Of a stretch of DNA of 64,000 nucleotides, positions 27,837 through 41,128 are shown in pieces. The stretch is from Ascidiella aspersa (Eukaryota). The stretch lies in NCBI GenBank assembly GCA_963924565.1, contig OZ004614.1:3472001-3536000 (forward strand), read 5' to 3'. Positions within the stretch are counted from its first letter, which is position 1, and each line of letters begins with the position of its first letter. The notes below the pieces were generated by a model. That model did not search any database and had not been told where the DNA came from. It saw only the letters and a list, made by a program, of their open reading frames with translations. A program made the translations under genes and the position numbers.

Positions 27837-29631
27837 TGACGTCATAATGTGTGATGACGTAAGACTGAGAGCAGAACGGTCGGGCACCGGGACGCTTTTT
27901 CTTTGGATAGCATTGTGCGTTCCTTCTGTGAATTGTTTTACGCTTGTGGATTTTTTAAGTTTAATGTTGCCCGTAGGGTGTTTGCTTCCACATTTCAACT
28001 TGGAAATGCATTTTGTTTGTTTGTAAGAAAAACTTTGATGTTGTCATTTTGTGAATTTACACTATTTTTTCCCTTTCTATCGTTTTTGTGGTTTGTGAAC
28101 TTTTTCATGTTTTTTTTTAATTGTGGGCATTTCTTTTCTGGTTTGTAATTATTTTGGTTTTCTATCGGCTTTTTGTAAAGAGCAAGCCAAATCTTATTCA
28201 AAAAGTTTAACGTAAAAAACAGTTGTTCAAAACCAGTTTGTTGACAAAGATTTCCCATAGATGTCAACCTGGCGTTTCTGTTTTTCGTCTGTTGTTGTGT
28301 TCATAGGTTGGTATTTTTGGTAAACGCCCCAAAAAATTTAATTCAAAGCAAACCACGCTCACTCAGAAACTCCCAAAATTTTCACATTGCACTTTTATTG
28401 CTGAAAACTGCTTCAAATTTGAAGGCGACAAATGATTTAGGAGTCTCGTTGACAGACGAGGTGAACTTATGCTCGATAAACTGGGTTTTAGTACGCCACG
28501 GTCTGATGGATTTAACCACAAATTTGAAGTCGCACTTTCGGCAGATATCTATCGTTTTACATCTTACGCACCAGCATTATCCGATTTTATAGCTTTTATT
28601 ACGAGCATATGGCGCTCAAGATGCCACAAAGTGTGTTAAGGGTGAATAACACATACGTATACGTACAGCTATAAATATTCGTCGAAAACGAAACAGGTTA
28701 CTCTCTACACTCAAACATCCATATTAACATTGTTTACCGTTTTATGGGACTTCTGTCGAACCCCAGCCTTTGTTTGTTTTGTGTCAGTTTTGCTCAATCC
28801 TTGTCAGACTATTGTCCGAGACAACTGCAACGATATATTTTCGACCGAATAAAACCGCTTCATGTTCTGTGTGTGCACAAATGTTTACTTGTGAAGAATT
28901 AGAGGTGACATTAAGAAGCAAAAACTTCAATCAGCGAGAAAAGTAGAATAAATTTCTTTCTGGAAAGACCAAATATTTTCCTACCAGAACGCATGTAAAT
29001 TTTCATAGATCACGTCACAAAATTACGTCATAACGATATGTTAAAAAGAACACTGCCTTTGAAGTTACCTTGAGGTAATAAAGTAATAGTTTAATTTTTT
29101 CTAGTGACTGCGTCTGGACGTATAATAAAAATTGTAAACAGCATTTTACAAATTTTACCGTGCTTTAGCCAGCATACCATTTTCACTTAGGGCACAACAA
29201 ATATTTTGTTAAACTAACCATAGCTAATCATGTTGCGCAACGTTTTAGTAAATCGTTCTAACTTTTACATTTATCAAGCTAATTTAATTATTGCTTAAAA
29301 ATCATTTTAATTTAAAAACTTGCTTAATATAATCCTAATTGGCTTTAAAACATACTGTTTAGTATAACAAACCGGGGTATCAGTGATGTACACGCATTTA
29401 CGGTTAGTGGTTTAGTCTGTAGTTTGTCAGGCAAAACCACTCGAGACGTTGCCAGTTGAAGCCACATTTTGTACGCTTCAACAAACCAAAGTTGACCGTG
29501 AATAAGTCTAGCAATTGAACGACTGCAGACCGAAAAGGCGAAAATCATTTCCGATTGCTTTCAATTGCTTCTGCTGCTGTCGCCACGCAGTCTCAATTCT
29601 CTCTGTCCAAGGTCAAAAACTGTGTGCGAAA

Positions 29632-30011
29632 ATGATTAAATTATTCACAACCTTGTTTTTTATTATGTGTTGTGGGCTACTTCATCTTGACGCTGCCAAG
29701 TTGGTTAATAATGCAAGCACTAATTATCGCATTTATACAAATATTTCTAATAAGCCAGCTTAAATTGCAACCAACTCTCACACTTGTATAAACAAAATAT
29801 TTTTTTAAAGCGTAAGCTGTACCGGTACTATTAAAAGTGTAACTTTGACAAAATACCAATGTGTGATTTAACGACTTAACAAGCTTCTGTCAAACGTCCC
29901 GTTTGTTTAAATTTATTTCGTCATAGTATAACAATGTATTTTAACTTTCACCGAAGGTACAGCACGTGCAATCGCTCCAGAACAGCTCTATCTGAACTTA
30001 AGGGATGCTGA
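29632..30011 (+). CDS. Putative small secreted peptide precursor (40 aa, 2 exons)
   Basis: The ATG at 29632 opens a signal-peptide-like MIKLFTTLFFIMCCGLLHLDA. Donor AA/gttggt (29700) to acceptor tttcaccgaag/ (29956) gives ...AAKYSTCNRSRTALSELKGC*. There is an upstream pyrimidine-rich acceptor at 29611 and AATAAA at 30067. Confidence 0.35.
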
Positions 30012-30400
30012 ATTATACACGCCCCAAAATACGATTGCCAAACTTCTGAATTCGTGTACTCATCGCAATAAAAAGACAGTTCTAGCTTCCATCAATATTG
30101 TTGTAATCAATGGTAAACGTGCTAAGAAATACCATTTGTCGACTATACTTTTCTAAATACCAATTCAAAGCGGTTGTTTTTATAAAAAAGTCCGCGTAGA
30201 AAACAAACCCAAATTAAAGAAACATAGAGTCATTATTTTACTTGTAATATTTAAGGGAAATTCCCTGGTAAAATTTTCCGTGTTTTATTATTTATTTTTG
30301 TGGCGGCAAAAATTTTGCAGACATTACCTCACTTAAAGCTGGTAATTTTGCCAAAAAAAAACAATTCTTTCGGGAATTAAAGAGTCTGCCAAAATAAATC

Positions 30401-32002
30401 ATGAGTTCTAGCGACGAAGAGATCCCGATTACTGTTGTGAAGCGGCGAAAGCGTATGGTAAGCAGGGAGCAAGTAAATCAACAGGAGAGCCTTTATTCTG
30501 GAAGGGTGGTGCAATTGCTTCGAAAAACGGACGCGCAAATTTCGCGACACTTTAACAACAACCAAGGTTAATAAGTAGTAGTTTTTAATTGTTGAAACTT
30601 TGAACATAACTAAAATAATATTTGGGGCTCTGCCCTTCTCTTTCAAAACTTGTTGCGTGGAAAGTAATGCAAAAAATTAAAATAATAAGGTAAGGTTTAT
30701 ACAAATAGGGGCGCTGGTCCAGAATCCTACCACAACGCACATTATTTGAATTAAAGTGCGGGTTGGCATTTGGGTTTGGGTGAGTCAAGTATTATTATTA
30801 AATAATATATATAATAATACTTGACCCACCTTTACCCAAACGTTAACTCTCACCCTAACCCAAATATTGTGCATTGTTTGAATACCTGTGGTAGGACTCT
30901 AGACCCTGATTGCATTCCACTGCCTTCACGCCGGAGATCTTTGGCGTGGAATGCTAGCTAAAAACCCCATTGACGTTATTTGGCGTGGAATAAACATTTT
31001 GGCGTGGAATAAGTGAATTTACAAAAACTAATTGTCGTGTTTGGCGTGGGATTTTAACCGAAAAATATTTTGGCGTAAATCTTTGGCGGCCACATATTAT
31101 AGAATACAGTCAGGTTCTAGACTAGTGCCCAAATACGGCATACCGCAACACACAATATATGGGGTAGGGTGCAGGTTAGCGTTTGCGTAGGTTAAGCAAT
31201 ATTACTAAATATAAATTGATCCACCCAAACCCTAACCCAAATAATGTGCGTTGCGTTATGCAGCATTGGTAGACTGTTTTTTTTTGGTACCTTCTACGTA
31301 ACAATTACAAAAGCCTCAAATATTTTATCTTTTTATTGTCACTCGTCTGGAATCCCTAATTTAGAAAATTACTCACCCTAATTTAATTCGTGGTAGATTT
31401 CTGAACCCAGGTGTGCATAAAACCTTTAGTGCACACCTGAAAAGTGGCTTCTGCACGCCCGAGATCTCGCCAAAAAGTGCCATGAAACGCAATCTGGATT
31501 TCAGTCACTAGCTTTTTGTAGAAAATCCATAATAATAAAGGCTAATCAATTTGACAAAACATTATTCACCCTTACATTTTTAGTAGTTAAATATTTAACT
31601 AAATATTTTATTGTTTTATCAAACTTTGCAGATGCCAAAAAAGTTATCAAACATATGCCAATAGTGCTAAGTTCAAGTGACGATGGTAAATCGTCAGATG
31701 ATGACATTATTGTAGTTAATGGAGGGTAAGACAAGGCATATATTGTTATTGTAAATAAATGCAATATTATGTCTTAACACAATTTTTAAATTGTATTTAT
31801 TCTAAACTATTGATTATTGTGCATTTTAAACCTGTTGACTTACTGCATTTATAATTTCACCTTGTTTTCCACTATTCTGAAATTGATAACATTTTTTTAA
31901 ATGATTTAAATCAGGGGCGTGCAACTGTTTATCGCAGCGGGCTATAATGTAGAACTATGATGGTTGTGCGGGCCGGACAATCGAACAACAGAAATATTTT
32001 TT

Positions 32003-32047
<45 letters not shown>

Positions 32048-35000
32048 TTTATTGGAAAACCGTGTAGAATCAAGTTACTCATTAAGCGATTAATGAGATG
32101 TGTGATATCTTCTCTCACCAGAGATCTTGTTAGTTTTGGCAGAAGTGCTAACTCGAAGTTCACTTAACAAGTGCTCATCTGTGAGCTGATTCCTGAATTT
32201 TGTCTTGAACAGGCTTTCCTTTTTCGGCAATTGCTTTCGATAACTTTTAGCCCAGTTTTGTAACAAGCTCAACGTCTTTCTTATAACATTGAAATACCTC
32301 TTGTTGTTTGCTCAAAGACTTTTTCAATTGCAGCATTTGATCAATCGGCAATTGACCTACAACGCTATCATAATTAGCAGAGTGTTTTTAACTATAGTGT
32401 CCCTTAGAAATTATACTCTTTTATTACTGATATAACGTTTTGACAATCAGGCAAACTACATCTTGCTTGTTGAATTTCCACCTTTAATAATCAACCTTTC
32501 TTTTTTGCCAGCAAAACAAGGCAGTTTTATTACAATGCACACTATGACGCAATAATGGAGGTTCGGACAGTGTGACGTAATACAAATTGATAAATGCCAA
32601 TGATTCCGTTACAAATAACTTCTTAAACAGTGAAAAAATTTAAAAAACAATGGGCTACTTGATGTAGTCTGTGCGGGCCACGTAAATAGGTATCGCGGGC
32701 CGTGCTGTGGCCCGCGGGCCGTATATTGCACGCCTCTGATTTAAATGGTATATATAGTTTTTGATTTTCCTTAAGTTTGTTTAGATCAATTTTTTTAAAA
32801 ACATCTAACAAAATTGCAGCCTGTTTAGTAAAAGTATTAACAAATTCCAACAAGTTAAGTATTTTTCTGTCATAGAAGCCCCATAAAAGAAATGCCACTA
32901 ACTCCGCCACCTTCTGAAAAGACTGCCATCAATTCTACAGTGGAGCGCAAAAGAAAACGACTTTTGCTGTAGGTTTTATGTGAATTTACACTCCTAAGAT
33001 TTAAAAATATAAAGATGGAATATATTTGTGAAATTGACTCTAATGTAGATTTATTTAAGTTCTCCTTATGGACAATGTTGTATTGACTCCAGTTAATGAC
33101 TTACCTGTTTCTAATCACGATTCCATTTTATTAATTTTTATTAATAAAATTTTTTTTTTTTTTTTTTAAATTTTTGCCTGGTAAATAATTTGATTGCTTT
33201 TTATTGTGTTTTGTAATTTTTAGTTATGTTACTGCTTATAGTTAGACGGTAGTACCAATTTTTAAGTAACATCATATGTTTATGTCAAATACTATATTAA
33301 AGTTGACTTGCTCTAATAATGACTTAACTGGTACTTATGCACTGATGACTTGGACTGGTAATTGACTTGTTATTTGTCAAACGACTGAACTTAGACTTAA
33401 CTTAATCAGTGTTAATAGTTTTTAAAGATGCTTTAACCATTTGCATACATCCTAGACATATATTATCAGCTAAACTTTAACAAATTTGCAGAAATATTGG
33501 GACTATGCAGTCAAGTACAAATGCCGATGTCTCGTTAAATCAATCTGTTGAAGGTGAACATTTGTTAAATGAAGAGATGAATCGTTACATAGTTGTGAAG
33601 GTCCGATTTCACTCAACGGTGCACAAATTTCCAATCCGAATGGTAATATACTAAGTTTTACATTTACATAATCATAAAAACCTATTTTATCTGATATGGT
33701 ATAAATGCAGATTTTTACCATTTTACAAAGAAAGGAAAAATAAAACAACTACAAAATAAGTGTCTTGTTTTTTGGCATTGTTTAGTTAGAGCGTGTTACC
33801 TCATTGAAAAATACGTGTTTAATTCCCCTACAACATTTTTTCTCAGTGTGCAGCAGTTATTTGGGAACTTACAAAAATAAAGCTTAACTCCTAACTTCCG
33901 TATACATTGTGAGGTATCTTCCTTAACATATATTTTTAGTTTATCCCAACTTAAATAAACCTGATCGTACCATATATAAGTGGGTTGATAGCAGTCTTAA
34001 GAAATTAATACTATTATTGCTTCCTTGAACTGTATTTTTATAAAAAAGATGTCTTTCTGTTCAAGGACCAAACTTTTAGCTGCATATTTGACCAGCTGGC
34101 CATTAGGAACAACATTAAAGGCAACAAAAAGCTTCTCTTGACGCTTCGCGATTGTACAATTTCACACACTGACACTCCTTCCAGTATTGGTCTTTCCATA
34201 GCTGACATTTTGGGTTGGTATATTTTAAACAGAAATGTGCATTGTTTTTTTTTTTTACTCTTTCGAAGGATATGTAAATTTTTGCACAATTTTTTTGTTT
34301 AAAATGTGATACATTTATTTTTACTTTAAAGCAAATTTTGGCCCAATAGCCTTGCAAACATTACCTTTGAACGTTTATTTTGATCTATTGGGCTTATTTA
34401 GGCATAGTAATGACACCATTTGGCAGGTTTAAAAACAATTTTTTTTAAAACGTCTGCAGTCCCGGTCAAGTCATTTCATAAATAACTAAGTCCAAGAAAA
34501 AAATCTTTTGCAAGAAATGCCAAGTCTTACCCAAGTCATCATTTTCCCAAGTCCAGTCTCAGTCAATTCATAATTACAGCAAATCAACTTAAAGTCTAAT
34601 CTTTGTCATAAAAATTAGACTAATTAATTGCTAAACTTGTCTGATTATAAGCAATTACTTAAATAAAAAATAAATAAATATCAAACAAACGCAATATATA
34701 GAGAGTAGATTGGTTTACTTATAAAAATTAATAAAACCCAATTAAAAAAAATGATTTAATAACAACACTTAAATTTTCAACAAAGTTATTTGACAAAAGT
34801 CTTAGGTAAATCATTTTGGTCAAAAGACTAAAGTCAAGTCAAGTCACATAAAAACAGTGATAGTTATTATGTCATTGCCGTTAGGTCCAATCAAATCGTG
34901 GTCCTCTATTTCCAAAATATCATGTATCGCTTATTAAATAAACGTATCAGACATCCCTGGTCAAAAGGGTAGATGTAATGTAGGCATATTTAACAGCATT

Positions 35001-36256
35001 GACTGCCAACATATATTTAGGTCTTTTATCATTTTCTGTTTTAGATTGTGTGATTTTAAACGAGGAAGTGCTGTTGAAGTGTCGGCAATCGAGAAAAGAC
35101 GGAAGCGATTGCTTGAAACTTCACTTTCAGTGCAAGTTTGAGAAAGCTAAAAAGACCTACAGTGTAAATAAAGTAAGTAGGGGGTGTTTCTTGATTTGTA
35201 GGGAAAAGCGCATGAAATTAAGCAATCAATTTGCTTTATGATGACCCTTTCAAGTTGTTGATAGTTAGGTAGATGGAAACCAAATAAACTTGTGAAATCC
35301 TTTTATTACTAGGCTAACACATAGAAAGTTGTCTATATATACAGCCTTCTCAGGGGTTCTTAAACTTTTTTTTTGCAGACCCCTAAACATAGCTTTGTCC
35401 AAGTCGACCACAGTCGGCGTGAATTTTTTTGAGATAACGTTTTAAATTGACGTCATAAACAAGTAGACTTAAGAAACCTGGTATTTTCATTTCAACAAAC
35501 GTGGAATCGAATCGTTTTAATTTAAACTTTTTTCTTTAAAAAGAAATATTTTTATTTTTTAAATTATACACGAAGCTGTGCTGGAAAGTTTGCACGTTGT
35601 ATATTTATTCTATAAAAAGGTTTAAGAATTTTTGTTCATTATAGTTAACTTATGTTGGCATCACCAGGTTAAAATTTAAGCATCAGAGTTGGTAAAATAA
35701 ATAGTTAAATAAGTAGTAGGCTTTTGATTCACATTGCATATTACCATTTAGTTTGGAACAAGTTTTTAAAAACTTACCTAATGTGCAAAAAAGTACTCAA
35801 AAAAAAAATAGATTGGGATTTAGTTTATTGGGGGACTGAAATAAAGAAATGGTTTTAGAGTAACAATTATGAAAAACTTACTGAGACTATTTTTCAGCAA
35901 TGTTGCATGTTATATTCACCAATACTTAAAACATAATTACTTTTTTAATACTGACAAATAAATATATGTAAAAAAGACAGGTCATCGTACATTACCTTGT
36001 AAAACCAAAAACGTTATTCTATCAAACAAATAATTTAGCCAAGTTAAATAGCACAGTGTTTAGTTAATAACAACTATTTTTCTCACAGCTGCAGCCTCTC
36101 TGCATCTCTTTACAAGATTACGCAAAAAGTGTTGGCTACCACCTGAAGCAATTGACCTTTCGCTTTGACGGCGACGCCCTCAACATATCGCAGACACCTG
36201 AAGAACTGGAACTTGAAGATGACTTTTGTATTGATGTAATGAGAAAAAAATTATGA
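30401..36256 (+). CDS. NFATC2IP: NFATC2-interacting protein (NIP45/Rad60 family, tandem SUMO-like domains), ~315 aa
   Basis: Seven phase-consistent exons: 30401-30566, 31632-31725, 32876-32968, 33492-33642, 34066-34213, 35045-35172, 36089-36256. Features: acidic/basic N-terminus, PLTPPP, SLD1 ending 'DTPSSIGLSIADILDC', SLD2 'LTFRFDGDALNISQTPEELELEDDFCIDV'. Confidence 0.9.
31912..32738 (-). mobile_element. Internally deleted hAT (GTF2IRD2/Charlie-like) transposon in NFATC2IP intron 2
   Basis: TIR CAGGGGCGTGCAA / TTGCACGCCTCTG, perfect TSD ATTTAAAT. The minus strand carries decayed transposase pieces: N-terminal 'VCLI..NVISVIKEYNF*GHY' and C-terminal 'KTKFRNQLTDEHLLSELRVST...HTSH*'. Confidence 0.85.
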
Positions 36257-37833
36257 TGAAGCCATTCTGTTGATTGTTGTTTCTCATATTATCAAAATGT
36301 TTAATATTGTTCCCGTAACTTTCTACAATTCCAAAGAAGACATGATTATAAACTACCTCATTAGCCTTAGAAGTGAAATAATACGGAAAACTACAAATGG
36401 TACATTCATGTGTAAGCATATTCAGTATTCTTTATATAATGCCTATGTCTTATTGTAAAATGACAAGAAAAGTCTACAGTTGTGTCAAACATATTCTGTA
36501 AGATTTAACTTTTTTTTCTAATTTTATTATGCTTATTGTAGAAGAGGACTATGTAGTTAATTTATGTAAACAGTTAAACCTAACATGTAACATATATCTT
36601 CATTAGAATAATGTATTTATTAAGTTATTTTGAAGCAAACTTTATTTTTTTCCGTTTTAATATTGTTACTAAAGAAGAATTGTTTACCAACTACAGTTCT
36701 ACATCTGTTCCACAATATAGTTGCGAATATGTTACAATGCTTTTTGCAGACCTGAGTTTTGCTATTTAAGTTGTATTTGTTGCTCAACATTTGCTACCAA
36801 CTTGAGCCTTTTTGAAAACCTTTATTTATTTGTTGCTATAAAATGTTTTGTCTGTACAACATTCCTAATTATTTTTGATCAGAAAAGTCTGTACCTTTTT
36901 TGCACTTTGCATACGAACTGGCTATTTATTAACATTTTAGTTTTCTGATTTAAAATACTAGTATTAGTGGTAGAAAAACAGTATAGTAAGTGTTGGGGTT
37001 AGATAATACAATCGTAATTAGTACATGTCAGTCTTAACAACAACACATTTAAGACTTAAAAGAGGTAAAGAAAAAAAAAAGAATGTCAGCATATAATTTT
37101 GTAAAATCTTTGCAAACCAGGTTAATCTAGTTTTAAAAAACTTGTCAAGTTTAATTTTAAATTGCACTGATAGATGGAAAGGTATGTTATGCAACTCTGC
37201 TTGAGATTACAAAAGACCCCCAAAGAGCAATTTCTCTAGGATTATAAATCTACCTTTTTGATCACTTGGGGGTGTTTCTGAAAGAATGATTTTTGACTTT
37301 CCTAATGAAGTAGTCCTAATAAAAAATAGCAGTCTCTTGTTAGGAGTTTAATTTTTTTTTTAATTTTTACTACTTAAAAGCAATCGCAAATCGCATACAG
37401 TCAAATGATTGTTCGATTAAAAGAAAACAAATTTGACTAATAATTAACACTATATTGAAAACAAATACTCAATGTGAAGCAAAGACTGCCACTCAACCGT
37501 CTCTGTTGATTCACAACAATATACAATTTACACTTGAGCAAAAAGGCAATTACATTGGAGTTAACAACATAAACTGATATTCAGTTCGGGTTGAAGTTTC
37601 AAATTTACTCAAAGTAATTTAAAACAACATCTACTGGCTCACTGTATTACCCCGAGTTAGGCACTTACGTATTTTATGGCAACATAAACATTTCAATTAA
37701 ACATCAAGTGAAGCGATAGGAAGATCTTGAAAGTGTAAAAAATAAGTTTGCAGTGTTTTGGAAAGCAAGAAAACAAAGAGGGTCTTTTGAATAAACGGAC
37801 GAAAAATCTCCCAATTTTTTTTTTTTGGCGAGC

Positions 37834-39177
37834 TTATAACAGCTGGTGGTTTTTCATCTTCAAAAGTACGTCTTTTGTGGCGGAGCGTAGCGCTTGCGGC
37901 TTGCACTGCTCCTCAATCCAGTTTATAACGCCGTGCGAGAGATCTTGAAAGTCGTTTGTTGATACCGTGTTGCTAAAAGTGACAAAGAGTTGCTCCATTA
38001 TCTCCTGGAAGACCCGGAACTTGACTTGCTCAGTTACGATGCCGCTTTTTTGATTCAAGCTTGACTGCTGCTCCTTGAGAATTCGCTCGTAGTTTTCCTT
38101 CATGATGGTGAGAGCAAGTTTTTCTTTGCGCAGCTTGTTCAGTTCGTCGCCCTGCTTCTTTTGTTGTTGCTGGAGAAATTCGATGTAGGACAGCGAGCGT
38201 TGTAGTACCACCGCTTTGGAGATCTTCTGCGAACTCACGGCGTCCGATTGTGTCGTGCAGTTTGGGACAAGGTCTTGAAGATCCTCATACCTGAAAAAAA
38301 TTTAAATTTAAAACTAGAATTGCCCTTAAAATAATTGGAAAATTTTGTTCTTTTTTGTTTAGCTTGTCTACCACTTGGTGTTGAGTATGGAGAGTCAAGA
38401 CTTCACCACTTTTGTTCAGTGATTTACTGGCCAGCCATTTTTTTAGAGGTTTGGGGCAAAGATTTAGTTGACCCATATTACAAAACTCGCTGCAAAGCTG
38501 AGCTTGCAGTGGGTTTAAACCGGGGTTCTATGGACTAAATTTAATTTAAATCTTTTTGATAGTAGGCTATTTAGACTCTTCACTTTCAGTGTTGTGCATT
38601 GATTGCCCAAAACACCAGCAGCAATATGATTTCACAGTGCTCAAAATATTGCTTTTCTGAGGTGTGATTTCCAAAAATGTAACATAAAAATTGGTGTTAA
38701 TCTTGGGCCAAGGGCCAGTCTGAACTTCTTGGCACTTTAAGCTGAGATCACCAAATTTTCAGGTGTGCAATCCAGGTTTTATGCACACCTGATTTAAAAG
38801 TAGTTACGTCAAACAGGTAAAACTTAAGTGTGCGATGTAGTAATTCAAGTGTGAAAACTCCTAAAAAAAATCAGAAGTGCACCTGCCATAGAATGCAGAC
38901 TGGTCTCTGAGGACATCATATTATTATCTCACCCTTTTCTGATCGCGTCTCTTCTTTTCTTCTCGGCCTGCGTGTGTGCTTCGCGTCTCCGCTCCTTGTA
39001 AGCGAGAAGCTTGTCAGTCGTTTCATCGTCCTCTTCATCCGTATTTGGCACCGACGAAGCAGCGCTTGACGGGTTCGAGATGTGCATCATGTTTGACGTG
39101 GTCGCCATTGCCATGTCCAAGTTGGCAGCGGTTAGATCGAAAACGTCGCTGTCCATGTAATTGGACCCATTTGCCAT
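37834..39177 (-). CDS. MLX: Max-like protein X (bHLH-ZIP), ~233 aa
   Basis: Exons 39177-38933 and 38290-37834 join as RRREAHTQAEKKRRDAIRKGYEDLQDLVPNC...QKISKAVVLQRSLSYIEFL, followed by a zipper and a C-terminal 'VKFRVFQEIMEQLF...VINWIEEQCKPQALR' domain. 'SSVPNTDEED' is also typical of MLX. Confidence 0.95.
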
Positions 39178-39640
39178 TTTTGTGTTGTTTTTTTTTTTTT
39201 TTTTGACAAAATGCAGTTAACTGTCGGCAGTCGATGAAGTGTTTTTTACGCCACGGTTATAATACAGAGTTAATACTGCACATTGGTTGCTTTTTGTACC
39301 GGAAAAATCATCATTGTACCAGGACGGCATTGTTTATTTCAAGTTTTCTTTCATTTTTTATCTAAGTCTGTTAAAAAATGTGTGTATGCTTTAGAAAAAC
39401 ATGTCATTCCTTTAGCTTACTAGATACAAAATAATGCACCATATCAAAAACAGAAGCTATACTAAGCAAGGATTTAAGTTTTGAAATTTTATACAAAAAA
39501 GCTGAGCTGGTCTAGATTTCTAACACTTTTTTGGGTTTGGGTGGGTCAATTGCATAAGAAATAAATATGTGGAAATAAAAAAATAATATTACTTATCAAC
39601 CCTCGGAAGAAAACGTGGTAGGATCCTAGATCAGCGCCAA

Positions 39641-39837
39641 GGCGCTGGTCTAGAATCCTACCACAACGTTGAAATAATTATCAAGCAATGCATAATATGT
39701 GGGTTAGGGTGTCGGTTAGTGTTTGGGTGTGGGTAGGTCAAGTAATATTGTTTAACACTATTACTGGACTCACTCAAACCCAAACCGGCACCCTAACCCA
39801 AATAATGTTCGTTGTGGTAGGATTCTAGACGAGCGCC
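39641..39837. mobile_element. MITE family with GGCGCTGGTCTAGAATCCTACCAC TIRs (other copies ~13398-13560, 30709-31129, 39510-39638)
   Basis: Long inverted termini with internal ACCCAAACCC/CCCTAACCC motifs, repeated in several places in the window. Confidence 0.8.
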
Positions 39838-39899
39838 AAATTATTAACTAGGGCGCTTCGAATTATTCAACTTAAGCATTAAACAACACGCTCCGAGAA

Positions 39900-40400
39900 A
39901 ATTTTCACGCTGCGCGCACGTTTTAATTTTGTTTCCCTAGAATAGATAAGTTGCCAAATACTGTAATCTATTGCGTCATGTCATAAGTCATTACGTCACG
40001 TTATTGCGTCACTCAAAGTCAAATAAAGAAAATGCGATCTTAAATTATGCTCAAAACGCGATTACAAAGCGCCATAAAGCATGCTAAAACTCTTTTTTTT
40101 TGTTATATTCAGACGCACTTGAAACTTTGTAAGTCTTCCGTTAGTCTAATAATTAATTATGAAACTGTGACGTCATGTTAATAAGTCTATTTCAAGTTCT
40201 AAAAAAGAGTGAAACAACCAAAACATGAAACATTATAAAACTTAAGAGACGTAAGTTCAAAAAGTAGTTTAAGTTTTTATTGCCTGTATTAAATTCAAAT
40301 GCGTAAATATTAGGCAAGTTTACAAAAAGTTTAAGAAAAAACAACAAATATTTTAAACCTAAAATGGCGTCGAATTATCATTTGTGCACGAAATCAATCC
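39900..40400. promoter_or_regulatory. Putative bidirectional promoter between MLX and ENY2
   Basis: The genes are head-to-head. The interval has a cluster of CRE/ATF-like sites (TTGCGTCA, TTACGTCA, TTGCGTCA at ~39971-40011; TGACGTCA at 40168) and a YY1-like AAAATGGCG at 40361. Confidence 0.5.
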
Positions 40401-40816
40401 CCTAAATAAGAACCAGTTTCAAAAAATCATTTGATTGTGTTTAACAATTTTGTTTATCAATTCATGTAAAGGTAAAATACTTCTAGCATTACTTGATGAC
40501 CGCTTATACCCCACCTATTAAAAATAAAATTGTTAGTTTGTGAATAAAATTACCCTAAACTTGATGCTATTGTAAAACTTTTAACGTTTGTCAGAAAACT
40601 ACCTAAAACTAAAACCCACGGTTTTTTAGTATTGTACTTATTTAGTATAATCAAAGAAATCTAAGCCAAAAATGCACATGTGCAAACCATTAAATTATAA
40701 CTAAAATTTAGAAGATTTTTTTTGTAAAGTAGAATAGCACGCCACATTAAAAGCATTTTTTAATTTTAACAGACTTACTTCATACTATTGCCCTGAACAT
40801 AAATCGCTGTACTATT

Positions 40817-41128
40817 ATGGCCGATTATACTGAAAAAAAGTCCAGGGATGGGCAAATGCGAGCGGCCATCAACCAACAACTGGTCGAGACAGGAGAAAGA
40901 GACAAACTAAAGGAGCTTCTCCGCACACGATTGTCCGAATGTGGTTGGCGCGACCAGCTAAAGAAAATCTGCAAGGAGATTGTCCGCGAAAAAGGCCTTG
41001 AACATATTACTGTTGACGAACTGATTCAGGAAATTACTCCCCAAGCAAGACAGCTGGTCCCAGACAGCATTAAAAAAGAACTCTTGCACAAAATCAGAAC
41101 ATTTCTGGCCCAACAGGCCAATATATAG
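40817..41128 (+). CDS. ENY2: Transcription and mRNA export factor ENY2/Sus1 (intronless CDS)
   Basis: [37 protein letters not shown]...[35 protein letters not shown] is near-identical to ENY2; AATAAA at 41259 and 41276. Confidence 0.97.
   Translation: MADYTEKKSRDGQMRAAINQQLVETGERDKLKELLRTRLSECGWRDQLKKICKEIVREKGLEHITVDELIQEITPQARQLVPDSIKKELLHKIRTFLAQQANI

Noticed and set aside
30770-31245. Interstitial telomere (CCCTAACCC)
   Set aside because: Isolated motifs inside a MITE family, not a tandem TTAGGG array.
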